From: Phoronis australis
Lineage: Eukaryota; Animalia; Phoronida
Length of the DNA: 64,000 nucleotides
Reading direction: 5' to 3'
Assembly (NCBI GenBank): GCA_002633005.1
Contig: NMRA01000020.1
Location: 950,803 to 1,014,802, forward strand
Below the pieces are notes generated by a model. It saw only the letters and a list, made by a program, of their open reading frames with translations. It had not been told where the DNA came from and searched no databases. Positions 1-11,579 of this stretch are shown one piece after another (the stretch's first letter is position 1; each line of letters opens with the position of its first letter). A program made the translations under genes and the position numbers.

Positions 1-140
1 AGACTATTTCTGCCATTTACCGGAGCATTCTGCCAATATGGCGCATTAAAGACATTTTTTTACTTTCACTTGATTTTTTGAAGAGGAAAATGGGATAGTA
101 AAGGCAGAGATAAACAGAGTAAAAAAAATAAACTACAAAC

Positions 141-329
141 TTCTATGGCGTCGTCAATGTCTTTGAAGTAGACAAAGCCAAATCCTCGAGACCGGCCACT
201 ATGATGATCGTAGACGATGTTGGCTTCATCCAGGGGACCGTAGCGACCAAACACATCACGAATGTCGCGTTCCTGAGTGTACAAGCTCAAACCAAACACT
301 CCCAGACAGTTGGATGCATCGGGATTGTC
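141..329 (-). CDS. tra2: Transformer-2 homolog, coding exon 5 (RRM, RNP2 to RNP1); gene continues beyond the left edge
   Basis: cag|GAC...GAA|gtttgt, 189 nt, phase 0-0. Translates [63 protein letters not shown], matching the TRA2A/B RRM ([17 protein letters not shown]...RSRGFAFVYF). Confidence 0.97.
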
Positions 330-929
330 CTGCAGGAAAACAAGACTTCACAATAATCATTGGTCTCAAGAGTTTCGATGATAAGCTGTTCTCTTGCTCA
401 AAGTAGAACATGTCATAAACATAGCATTACAAAGATAATTATAGTAAACAAACACTACCATTAAAGCCTACCTTAAATGGAAACGCACATAATTTGTTTG
501 CCACAATATACTTTGAGCACCACCCTGAGCACATCAATGTCAAAAACTGCAGAGCGTAATGAGCAGTCAGGCTTATTGAATTAAATGTTTGCCAATGTCA
601 CTTTCCATCCAACTACTCACAGCCGTTTTGTCTTTTTTCCAAGGTGATGCAATACGGGACGAAAAGGCTAATTCACAAATCACTTGACAAGACGTTAGTG
701 ATTAAATCGTGTTTTCTTATGTTGCTTATGATACTTAAAAGTATTGCTGCAACTATCAAGGTGCCCAAATACATCCAAAATAATAGGTCTATTCAAGGAA
801 GGATGCAACTGAAACTGTTAGTTATCTTAACCATTTGAAGCTAACGTCAACCACCAAAAAAATCTCATGCGACAGTTTTCGTGTAAGTGCACAAACACAT
901 GGAGAATAGCATTCGTAAAATAGACTCAC

Positions 930-999
930 TCGGTTGCCAATGTGTCTTCTGCGACGAGACATAGGTGAGCGACTGTGACTTCTGTTCCGGCGACCATTA
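930..999 (-). CDS. tra2: tra2 coding exon 4 (end of RS1 domain)
   Basis: cag|T AAT...CGA|gtgagt, 70 nt, phase 2-0. Encodes NGRRNRSHSRSPMSRRRRHIGNR, the conserved SPMSxRRRHxGNR motif that precedes the Tra2 RRM. Confidence 0.95.
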
Positions 1000-1240
1000 C
1001 TGAAAATAGGAATGCTCAAGATGATGGCTTAATTCTACAAAAATCTCCGGAGAGCCACATTACAATACAGTATCAGAAATGACTAGTGTTTTGGTCTGCT
1101 GCAAAATTTGTCCACGGGGACAAGACAAGGCAACCATAAGTTTTATTTTTGTTAATGTTCAGAAGGCAAGTCACAAGCTACTGCCTTCAAACCATCCATT
1201 TTTGATACTCTTGGATATTCTGAGGTACTTAACAACATAC

Positions 1241-1330
1241 CTTCTTCCTCTGTAGCTGTCACTGCGACGGCCATAAGGACTTCTAGAGCGAGATCTTGAA
1301 CGTCGACGTCGCTGATATGGGGAACGTGAC
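1241..1330 (-). CDS. tra2: tra2 coding exon 3 (RS1 domain)
   Basis: ttcag|G TCA...AGA AG|gtatgt, 90 nt, phase 2-2. Encodes SRSPYQRRRRSRSRSRSPYGRRSDSYRGR. Confidence 0.92.
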
Positions 1331-1386
1331 CTGAACAAATGAATATTAACATGATTTGAGTGCTCGTCTGTCAGAAACTCTTGTTA

Positions 1387-2275
1387 CAGTATTCACCCTA
1401 ATAAGCGCTCAGGCCCCAATAAGCGCCCCCACGCGTTTGCACTAAAATAAGCGCCCAGCCCATGAACTTGTATACATGTGAAACCTAGAGTTCTAAAACT
1501 CTACAGTAACGTCTTCAATTTATCAATACTATCCGACAATCCTGAAAAAATCATTGTGCGACAAATTTCAAGACCACGAGCCTATCTGCAGATATTTAGC
1601 CGTGAATATACACTTCAAACCTTTGCAGTGCTTCAAAAAGAATTCAAAAGTTTGGCAGACCTCGCGAGTCACGTGTCCCACTAAGGTCTGACCTTTCAGA
1701 ACAGACATAGTGTACTTGTCAACGGGGGTGAATCTTCCTTCACTCCGCACACACAAACACAAAGACGAAATTCAAAACAAACGTCACGTGACAACAACAT
1801 GTGTGTTCGTTCAGATTTTTCTCGTGTTGCGAGGTGCGATCTAGCGTAAATTTGGACTTAATATTCAGTTAATCCGGACTCCACAGGAACTTAAAAATCT
1901 TAGGGACGCTAAGAATTTCATGTAATTTGTTGAGTCGAAGCCATTTTTATTGAAGAATTCAAGTTGCCCTATGAACGATTGCGAGGCAGCGACTGATAAG
2001 GCAATAGTCGGCGAGTTTTCGCCCTGGGATTTTCCCACAATTTTCTAAAAAAGGATCTTAATTTAATAACGAAGTTTGATAGCAATGCACCACACTTTTG
2101 TGGAAAGTCTGTCATAGGCTACAAATACGTTGCAGAGCGTAAATTTGATGAATCCTAGCTTCCGATTTCACCCGTTTCGGAGACTAGGTTTCAACTGCCT
2201 TAGGCTACGATAAGCACCCTCCCTCCCCAAAAAGAGTTTTCTAAGCGCCCTGGGTGCTTGTTAGGGTGAATACGG
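1387..2275. mobile_element. Non-autonomous DNA transposon with TA TSD (Tc1/mariner/pogo-like termini), family A copy 1
   Basis: TA|CAGTATTCACCCTAATAAGCGC ... GTGCTTGTTAGGGTGAATACGG|TA terminal inverted repeats. Internal sequence is shared with 5563-6099 and with 6570-6800 plus 8754-8875. Confidence 0.85.
1501..1762 (-). pseudogene. Frameshifted HIRAN-like domain fragment carried inside the family A element
   Basis: ..DKYTMSVLKGQTLVGHVTREVCQTFEFFLKH..LKCIFTAKY, then after a frameshift ARGLEICRTMIFSGLSDSIDKLKTLL*. Resembles the D.YAV.V....VGHVPRE...FL..GG...C.VTG...GLEIPC...F.G pattern of invertebrate repeat-borne HIRAN-like ORFs (recalled pattern). Confidence 0.6.
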
Positions 2276-2879
2276 TATATCGTTGATATTTATTTCAATG
2301 GCCTACTGAAGGGGCATTTTGTCACTGTTTAGTTCTCAACAAACTCTTTATAGAAAACAAAGCACTTTGGTATTTAAAAACAATTACCATACATCCAAGC
2401 CAGAATTGCTGCTGATTGAGAAAGCAGCTCAAGACATACCATACATGCACAATTTTCTTAATCACGATGGAATTTCATTCCTATTACCAACTAAAGACAC
2501 GTTCAAGCAAGCGCCTAAAATATATCATTTTCTACAAATTTAGGTTTGGTCAACCACAAAAACTTTCAAGAGCTTTCTTGGGTCACCGACGATTTTCATG
2601 TTCTTGTTGGCAACATAAATCAAGTCCTATCACGGTATGGAAATTTATGAGCTTAAGTGTCTCAATATATTTTTCATTTCAGGCAGCTAAATACCAATGA
2701 AATGCAGTTTCAATTGTTTTCACATGGCTAATTGAATTTGATGAAACCCAATAAGAGAATTTTAGGCCACAACACCAAGAACAGACACCACTACTCAGTA
2801 AGTTGAGAAATAACACCAATTATAGTAACAAAGGACTTCTCTCTAGTCTCAAATTGACAAAACACAAACTCTGGAATAC

Positions 2880-3031
2880 CTGGATTTTGAGTAGGAACGT
2901 CTACGTGATCTGGAACGTGACCGCTTGACTGACGGGGACCTTGAGCGTGATGCAGAGCGAGACTTGGCGCTGCCCGACTCTGCAGCCGGAGACCTACCAG
3001 GTGCGGGTGAAGGTGAGCGAGAACGGCTTCC
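2880..3031 (-). CDS. tra2: tra2 coding exon 2 (RS1 domain)
   Basis: tacag|GGA...TCC AG|gtattc, 152 nt, phase 0-2. Encodes GSRSRSPSPAPGRSPAAESGSAKSRSASRSRSPSVKRSRSRSRRRSYSKS. Confidence 0.92.
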
Positions 3032-3348
3032 CTGTAGGCAACAATTTCAAATGCTTAGCATTTTGTCACACAAGAAATAACACTAACAGTAGAAAGTCCA
3101 TTCACATTTCACACCATGACCTTTTTAAAATTTGGAAGTACCGAATGTGCTTTACAGAGTCATTAAGAGAAAACACTGAGATAGAGTTTGATATTTGGTC
3201 AGTGAGACAAAACCCAACAGGGTACCCCTATGACACAGGCACAATGTGTTCTGATCACCTGCTTTCTCCTTAGGTAAGGGCTGAATGGGAAACCAGTCAT
3301 CATTGTGCGCACAATTCATCCCTACTGTCCTGTTTGACTTAAAATATA

Positions 3349-4138
3349 CTCTCGAGTTCCGAATAGCCATATATATACGATTATTTATTTCAGACTCTTT
3401 TTCCCGTCTATACAAAGCTTATTTGGGTCTCTATGTTTATTAATTGGAGATGGTTTTTCCACCCCTCCACAATTATTTGGTCAAGATGAAATTGGGAATT
3501 GACTGTTTCTTACTCATTTCTTGAAGCAAAATCTCGACACCAAGTTTCGAACCCTAGTTGCCGGAGTGAGAACTCACAGTCCTAACCACCAGACGAGACA
3601 CTTCCGACAATTAGGCAATTTTAAAGTTTATATACGATTCTACGGCACACACGTAAGTCACTTGTAATAACATGCATATGAAAAAGATTTTATTTGATAA
3701 CTATACAACTGTACATTTCAAAGCCTAAATAATCCGACTCCTAAGTATGTATTCTCATTAGTAGCAACAAATGTATCGTATGTATACCTCACAGCCCAAT
3801 GAAAAGTTGTGCATTATTAAGACTTGCCAGCTGAGTCATTTACAAGCCTTGCCAGTATGCTTCCGTCGCGAACATTTTACATTTCACGCAAATACGTTAT
3901 CAATATTATTATTATTCCAGTCTATACTATGTATTTGCCATATATACCATGATTCCATTCTATACTATCATTATTTTTTTCCGCAAATTTCCAGTCTATA
4001 CTATTATTTTACTCCTCTAGTGGCAAAAATGTTGGATCTATCCTATTATTCCAGTCTCTACTATTATTAGAGTAGTACCTTGAAAATTTCCGGTCTATAC
4101 TATTATTGCTGTCTCTACGACAATTCAGAACTCGAGAG
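3349..4138. mobile_element. MITE-like element with TA TSD
   Basis: TA|CTCTCGAGTTCCGAAT ... ATTCAGAACTCGAGAG|TA, with subterminal repeats of CCAGTCTATACTATTATT. Confidence 0.75.
3532..3603 (-). pseudogene. Degenerate tRNA-Glu(CTC)-like sequence or tRNA-SINE head
   Basis: Minus strand reads GTCTGGTGGTTAGGA (A box/D arm), GAGTTCTCACTC (CTC anticodon arm) and CTAGGGTTCGAAACTTGG (B box/T arm). The acceptor stem does not pair. Confidence 0.55.
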
Positions 4139-4171
4139 TACCTGCTGGGCATTTTGCTTTTTCTGATGGAT

Positions 4172-4678
4172 CAGGGCTTGGAATGACCAATGACAAAAAA
4201 CGCGGAAACTTTTACGGTCCAAATCATGCCTGATAACCGATAACCAGCCTTTGAAATGGTCAATGTGAACCTTTCCGCGATAAAAATCGGGAGGACTAAA
4301 AAAAAAACGTTACCACCATCAGTAGCATGCGTCTGCGTCCTTTTCGCTCGCCCGTCCACTCCCAACCCACACAATTTTGGCTGCAGAGCGGTAGTATTTG
4401 TCGCCGCGCTTAACAATAACACGAGTCGCCATTGAAAATCACACCACGCTTTACCCAGATGCCCCGGCAATGTTGACAATTTACGTTCCTCCGAAACATA
4501 AAGAGCAACTTCCGCTTTCCGAGATGAACGTCGTCTGCAACGCCGTGGTAAGAAAGGAATTTGCCTCGGAAATTTCATATCAAATCCGATTTTTTTACGC
4601 GGAAATATTATAAAAAAAGCGGAAAGCACATTTCAAAAAAGCGGAAATCCGCGTTTCCGCAGAAAATTCCAAGCCCTG
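4172..4678. mobile_element. hAT-like MITE
   Basis: Perfect 13-bp TIR CAGGGCTTGGAAT/ATTCCAAGCCCTG. ATGGAT is duplicated on both flanks (8-bp TGATGGAT if it overlaps the terminal TG). Subterminal GCGGAAA repeats. Confidence 0.8.
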
Positions 4679-5562
4679 ATGGATATTTGACCTTTAGCAT
4701 AGTTTCAAATGTGCTGCTTTTAAAAAAAGAAATTACAAGTATTTGTACATTTAGTGTACCGTTTGAGACAATCCTCCCTATAGTACAGAATTCACTACTG
4801 CAGTTGCACTTTGAAGTCACATACACTTGACGAGAATGTGTGTGGAGTGTGGAATTTTTATTGCAGAGAACACTGCAACACAACTTCAAAGTAGTAGGCA
4901 CTTGTCTTTAGTCGATAATTGTAAGCAATAACCAGAGGTTGTGAAATGTACAATTGCTATAACAGTCCAAGGCAGAATAACTACAACTTCCTTTGAAGTT
5001 TAATTCACTCTTATTTTATACTTTATCCACTTTTAGCCATGAAAGCTTATTTTGACCTGTTATAGAACATACCGCTGGTATGCGCTAATACACTACAAGT
5101 AAAGAATGGAGCACTACGTCGCCACTACATGAACATATTGATCCCTGCAATTGGCCGTTGCTTAACTTCGATCCAGGTCATGCATTGTCGAACTCAGATC
5201 AAAGGTCACGTAGCAGGTTACAAAGCATGTCAACAGGTCAGATTGTAAACCTCGCCAGACTTCCAGCACATCTATATTCCAGTGTTCTCCACAACACATT
5301 TTGAGTTGTTACTGCATCGAAATTGAATTTTGCCGTGACCATTTTGGCTTACTTGCATGAGTTTGAATTATTGGGAGATTAGTTTTAGACTTTTTGGTAC
5401 TTGTTCAATGCACTTACTCAAAGACTTAACACACTAACTGTAATCTCTCTAGATTACGACCACCAAAAATTATTCAACATTTTCAATCATTTTTCTTTCT
5501 AGAAAGTACGACCAGTGAAGATTGGCACTCCTCACAGTATAGACTTCAATTTCGAACACATA

Positions 5563-6099
5563 CCGTATTCGCCGTGATAACCGCCCATGCCCCTATAAGT
5601 GCCCCCCACGCGTTTTCAGACTGCTGAAATAAGCGCCCAGTCCACGATCTTGCACAGATTTGCACTTAAACCTGGCGTTAATCCAGACTCCATGGGAACT
5701 AACAAAATGTTAGAGATGCTACTTATAATACTTAATGGGGATTTCAGGTAATTTGTTTGAGTCGAAACCATTTTTATTTAAGCATTGAAGTCGCCATATC
5801 GAAGACGGCGATTTCGAGGCAGTCAGTGGGCGAGTTTTCGCCCTGGGATTTCAGCACAATTTTCTGTAAAATGATCGTAATTTTGCAGCAGAGTTTGATA
5901 GCAATGCACCACAGTTTTGTTGAAAGTCTTTCATAGATTACATATACGTCACAGAGCGTAAATTTAATGAATCTTGGCTTCCGATTTCACCCGTTTCGGA
6001 GACCGGGTTTCAACCACCTTGACCTTGGGTTATGTAATAAGCGCACCCCCTGAACTGAACTTTTCTAAGCGCCCTGGGCGGTTATTACGGCGAATACGG
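5563..6099. mobile_element. Family A TA-TSD element, copy 2 (shorter, lacks the HIRAN-like part)
   Basis: TA|CCGTATTCGCCGTGATAACCGCCCA ... TGGGCGGTTATTACGGCGAATACGG|TA. Internal homology to 1870-2275. Confidence 0.85.
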
Positions 6100-6800
6100 T
6101 ATATGAGTTTTGCAACTCCAGTCCAATTTATTTTCTGTAGTAGAGAACAATGCCTTTTTTACTTAATAGTGTATACCAGAGGTATGCAGACCTGTGAACC
6201 ACCAAAACTGCATTTGACTATGTTAGCCACCAGATTTGCATTTTTCAGTAAATCTGCAGATTTTCATGCAGAGACCAATTTGAAATTTTCAGCACGTCAG
6301 CGTATTGAAAGTGTGTTAAGTTGTATGGCCTTCGATCCCTCGATTTTGTGACCGTATATCAGACTTATTCTCCTCTTCAAAAAATATTTCAAAATCAAGC
6401 GCAATTCCCCTCAAGAGGCCCTAACATTACCTTCAAGTGATTAAAAAAATTCCGCTCGAGGTTCAACTCCCATTAACTTACACGGGCAACGATTTGGAGC
6501 AGCACAAAATGCACTGGCTTCTTGAGGCAAATCCCATCAAGGTTCCAGTTCCTATTGTGGCCCCGGTACGCATCCGCCAACAAGAATTAAAAATCTTAAC
6601 TAAGGACACTATTTGGAAAACTTGAGGATTTCAGGTAATTTGTTGAGTCTAAACTATTTTTATTCAAGAAATCAAGTTGCCCAATAGACGATCGCGAGGC
6701 AGCGAAGCATCATCAGTCGGTGAGTTTTCGCCCTGGGATTTCAGCACAATTTTCTGAAAAATGATCGTAATTTAACAACGGAGTTTGATAGCAATGCACC

Positions 6801-8753
6801 CAGGGAGTCATCTAGCGGCCGTCCTTGGACGACCCTTTTAAAGAAAATGACGGCTTTGGATGGCACGGCCAAGACGGAAAAAAGACGGCCTGTTCCAAGA
6901 CAACCTCAGCGAAAATGAAAGCTAAACGAAGAATTTTAACATTTATTATTAATAAATTTTATTGAAACCTACAATTCATTGTTTAACTAAATATTAAGAA
7001 ATATCTCAACATTAGAAATTTTTGCCATCTATTTTTACTATAAATGTCACAATGACGATTGGCAAATACTGGCAACCATCTTTGCATAATACCTTCCTGT
7101 TCTGTGACGTCAAGGTGACTTCATAAGGAATCCCCCGCACAACTAGTGTCGATATATTGCATCCAGCGCTAACTACCCGTACATGGACACTTAATCTGGA
7201 CACTTAATCTTTGAAATTGAAGAACCCACACCCGAAGTTCAAAGGATTTGCGTACCCCTAATGCTAGTTGCCGACGCGGAAGTTGGCACTCGATGTATTC
7301 GACGGAGCAGCCAATATGAAATAGCTGAGAACGTACACTTCGAAAAAAAAATGATACCCACCAAAATTCTAGCACTGACCTGCTGTACAAATGCCATAAA
7401 TGTCGTTGAACAAGCAAACCAGATAAAACATAGTGCAAACATCCTTAATTTGTTCGCATAGTTCCGTTGCAACTCGAACGAATGAATGAAAAAATATCAA
7501 AAAATTCGCACGGCCGCCGAACGACTTATATTGATGCGAGAGAATGCAGTGCAAACTTTACGAGAAAAAATGTGGTGTGTAATGTTGGTTACGTATTCAA
7601 TGACTAACTTAGCATGAACGTAAATGCCTCGAAATAGTTCAACTTTTTGTGGAATTCCATGATTATTGGGCAACTCGAGTTTATCCTAGCTGTGTGTGGC
7701 ACTGCGTGCCATATATGGAAAAAAGCAGGTCAGCCAGTCACGTGCACAGCACCTGTTACTTCGGCCGTGAACCTGGCTGGGGGATTTGACTCTTAAACTG
7801 TGAGAAAAGAATGGGTCTTTTTCAGAATAAATTTCTTGTAGCGTACTATGAAAGACTGTGATAGACTTTTGATTTGGTAAGTTTCAATTCAACAAAGTGT
7901 CCAATTATAATGCACTGCAGAAGACGTTAACAACTACGATGTCCCCGGCGATTACTGACGATGCTCGTAGCCAAACGACGTGAAATTTACGAGTAAAGCG
8001 CTCGGAAAAACATTTAGAAACGTAAAAATACGAATGCCATATTCAAACATGGAGTTTCGACGTTTTTTGGTCACGATCCTTTACGAAGCCAAGTCCGCAT
8101 ATACACGCGCGAGTGCGCATACGCCATCACTCTTATTTTCCAGCGGAGATTTTCGCCCGTGTTGAGCACTGGTGGTACTGAGTTATGAATTTGTTGAGGA
8201 CATGGTCTTGTTTTTGTAGACTCGTGAATTGCAGTACTGTGCGATGTAATGAAGCTTAGACACGTACTGTAGGATTTCTTCATGTCCTTTCCAATGCAAC
8301 TTCATTGTCTTCTCATAATTTTAAAAGGTTTCTCAACAGCATTAAAGTAGTACACTTCTCTTTTGAGAGCTTCAAGATGCATTGAGTCCTGTACTCATGC
8401 TGTGGATTATCTGTCTAACAAGTAACTCTACATAGATTATCTTACTAAAAGATTTACAGATCTTGATTTTTGCAGTCTAGTGACAATGAGACAACACACA
8501 CATCCTGAATGGAACAAACCTCCTAATTTTTGTTGAGTTTCCCTTTGTGCCCTCCTTTGAACAAGAAAATGCAAGGAAATGACCTTTTTTATGTAACAAT
8601 TTTTTCCTCAGCTGGTGGGGTGAATCCTCCACCTCCCCCCCNCCCCCCCCCCCATCAGCACTGCGCGCCTCAGATTTGCGCTTTGCACGACTCGTCGACT
8701 CGTCAGTCTGACGAATTTGGACCCCCAATTTTCAAATCCTAGATGAGTCCTTG
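6801..8753. mobile_element. ~1.95 kb hAT-like non-autonomous element nested in a third family A copy
   Basis: TIRs CAGGGAGTCATCTAG / CTAGATGAGTCCTTG (13/15 match) and 8-bp TSD AATGCACC/AATGCACA. Family A sequence breaks at 6800 and resumes at 8754. Confidence 0.8.
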
Positions 8754-9030
8754 AATGCACAATTTTGTAGGAAGTCTGTCATAAGTTACAGATACATCGT
8801 AGAGCATAAATCTGATGAATCCTAGCTTCCAATTCTACCCGTTTCAGAGACCAGGTTTCAACCGCCTTAGGCTACAATTGCAGGCTTGGGCTTGGAATGT
8901 TCGTTGTTCATTTTGTTGAAACTGAAAAGTGAAACTGGAAAGACGGATTCAGCTGCCGCCGACATCGTCTCCCTCTACATATTTGAAGAAAGATTCCTAT
9001 ATATGATAAATTCACGAAGGAAAATATTAC

Positions 9031-9045
9031 CTCTCTGTCACTCAT
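9031..9045 (-). CDS. tra2: tra2 coding exon 1 (MSDRE)
   Basis: ATG AGT GAC AGA GAG|gtaata, phase 0, which fits exon 2. Vertebrate TRA2A/B also start MSD in a short first exon. Promoter-like motifs lie just upstream. Confidence 0.8.
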
Positions 9046-9148
9046 CACGATGGAATCGGTATCAAATCCTTCCAAAGGTGACTGGAAACCCAATAACAAC
9101 AACCAACGCGAACCTCAACAACACGGAGTCCAACACGCAATGATTTTC

Positions 9149-9228
9149 CAAAATGGCGACTTCGTCATTCGTTAATTTACGTTCATTGTGCTACTTATTT
9201 CGGTTATTTCCGGAAATTACGCGGGAAA
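9149..9228 (-). promoter_or_regulatory. Probable tra2 core promoter
   Basis: YY1-type CAAAATGGCG (9149-9158), palindromic ETS-type ATTTCCGGAAAT (9206-9217) and E2F-type GCGGGAAA (9221-9228), all within about 180 bp of the ATG. Confidence 0.55.
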
Positions 9229-9576
9229 GACGAGGATAGTCTCGTAACCATCCGTGTTTGTTGCGAACTCAGGCCACTTTTTTAAATTAACTCCGGCTGA
9301 TATGTGTTTTTTATTCTTGATCGGTCGATCAAGGATGAGGTCAATCGGTCAAGTCAATTTATTTACAGTCGGTTAATGTAAAACATGGGAAAACATTAAA
9401 TAAATATGAAATTTTAATTTTTTAAAATAACTGTTTTAAAATAAAGAGATTGAAAAATAATAATAAATGGCAATTAGCACCATAGGAGATATTATGTTTG
9501 AATCAGGATATTGCACTTGCAGGGGGGCTCAGCCCATATTGCACAAATGTCTTAAAATCTAAGCTTGATCTCGCCT

Positions 9577-9649
9577 CCTCTGATAGACAAGGTCAGTCCA
9601 CAAATTAGAACCCGGTTCTAATTTGTGGACTGACCTTGTCTATCAGAGG
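9577..9649. repeat. Perfect 73-bp palindrome (36-bp arms, 1-nt spacer)
   Basis: CCTCTGATAGACAAGGTCAGTCCACAAATTAGAACC-C-GGTTCTAATTTGTGGACTGACCTTGTCTATCAGAGG. Confidence 0.97.
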
Positions 9650-11579
9650 GCTGGGCTCTGAAAGATGTGAGTGAGACCACAACGAGGGCTTTGCACTGAG
9701 CTATGTTTGTCCTGTTGGATGATCTCAAGTTATATATACGGTCCTGCGAATTGTGAGATGGTCCCACAGAAATGGGGGTGACAAGTGGTTCAAAAAAAAT
9801 TTTGGCAGCTTCTTAATGATCATTCATTACTCTGGGCTACCAAGCTCAGAGTAGGCAGATTCAATAGGGCGGCTCTTTCACAGGTCGTATTTTTCCTGCA
9901 ACACATAAAAGCTTACAAAAAGCTTGCTCCTGAATCAATATTAAAAAAATAGTGCATGCCGTCTAACCGTCTAAAATATAATGATAAGAAAGAAAATGGT
10001 TCCTCACCCTTCAAGTGCGCTACCCCCGCTATTCAGGGATAGCGAAGTGAGCGGCACGCCCGATACTTTTGCCAATGTTGCGTACTACGAACTCAGGTCA
10101 GAGTGTGGTTGTATGTAAACATTAATAAAGTCGGACTCCACGCTTTTATGCTGATGTGAATTCCAGAAAGTTTTTATATGCGGTTGTCTGTTACTAGCCA
10201 AAAAGTTGATCCCGCAATCTTGTTTACTGTAATTTTTTATTTGAAAATGTGTTGTATGTGGTAAAGAGAACAAAATTAGCTTGGCTGCACTTTGTGCAAC
10301 CTTGGGCATTTTTCATAGTTCAACACGGTGACGTCGGCCATCTCCAAGTTAATTTTTCTCTCACTGATTTCCATCTTCTGAACTCGGTGGCATATACAGT
10401 AGGTCACAGAATGTTAGTTTTTCTTAAGACTTAGAGTCCATTTCCGATATTATTTTATAAATACAGGATCAAATCAGAAGTCGAAGGTCAAGTTGAAGTT
10501 GAACTGAAATATGGAAAATCCACTTCTCTTGGAAGGTAAATTGTTAAACATAACTGTATGGGTAATGTTACATGTACATCAACAACTTTTGGTTTCGCCT
10601 ATGATCCCATGTTAAGCATAAGAGATTGCTGAATACTATAACAAAATATCCCGGCAATCATAGTCAAAATCGCAATAATCGTGAGGTCACAATGTACCAT
10701 AAGTTTTAATTCCTACTGGTAAGTTATAAAGTTGTAGTGTACATGTACATGTATACGTGTATCAGACAGCTAAGTTCTGTAGTCTACACGTCTGTAGTCA
10801 CAGGTACTACACGTACAGGCACATCTTGGTTTGCTCTATTATTTGTTTCCAAATGCATTTAAGTTGATTGCAACGATCCGGAGACATGAAAAGTACGTTG
10901 ACAAAGTTCACAGATCGGGATTGCACCCGACTCGACCGGTTTGCGTTTCGGAATCTTCCGGCATTGATCGAAGGCACCATGTTGTTGTAGTTAGGCCCTA
11001 TATATTTTTTTTACTCGCGGCCTCAGGTTGATGATGTTATCGTTCTCTGTGTAATCAGACCCATCATAAACACACTGGGGGCAACAATATATGTTTAAAA
11101 TATCGCTTTGAATGTTTGTAAATAGTGTTTTGAATAGATCGTGAAAAGTACACGTCATCAAGGATTTTAGGTTTTGAAAATTGGACAAGAAATGTGACTT
11201 TTGTTTCAAAATGTTGCCATTTTATCATCAGTCTGCTGTTTGTGAAACGCAATTGGGATGATTACCAAATCACCAGTCAGCATTTGAATTTTAGGTAAAC
11301 CCCACTAGTGTCATCGTTCAATTCTTGGTATGAATGCTGAAGACCGACTCACCAAGATCGCAATATATGAAGTCGCAATCATGTTGAAGATCCAAGTCTC
11401 CTAAATATTCAACCAAGCATATATGAGTCTGTGCATTTGTGTCTTGTTAAACTGTTGAGATATTGCAATTAATTGTTTTTTTTCAATATGCATATTATCC
11501 ATGCATGTGTTTGAATCTGTATTTACACATCTATAGGCTTCAGTTCGTTTCAATACGTTAGTATGTATGACAAGTCTCA

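Noticed and set aside
4171-4901. Overlapping ORFs of up to 152 aa
   Set aside because: They coincide with a hAT-like MITE and show no recognisable protein motif.
8278-8399. GAA-rich, stop-containing exon-like unit as the tra2 poison exon
   Set aside because: It lies inside the 6801-8753 hAT-like insertion and has a weak polypyrimidine tract. It looks more like decayed TE coding sequence.
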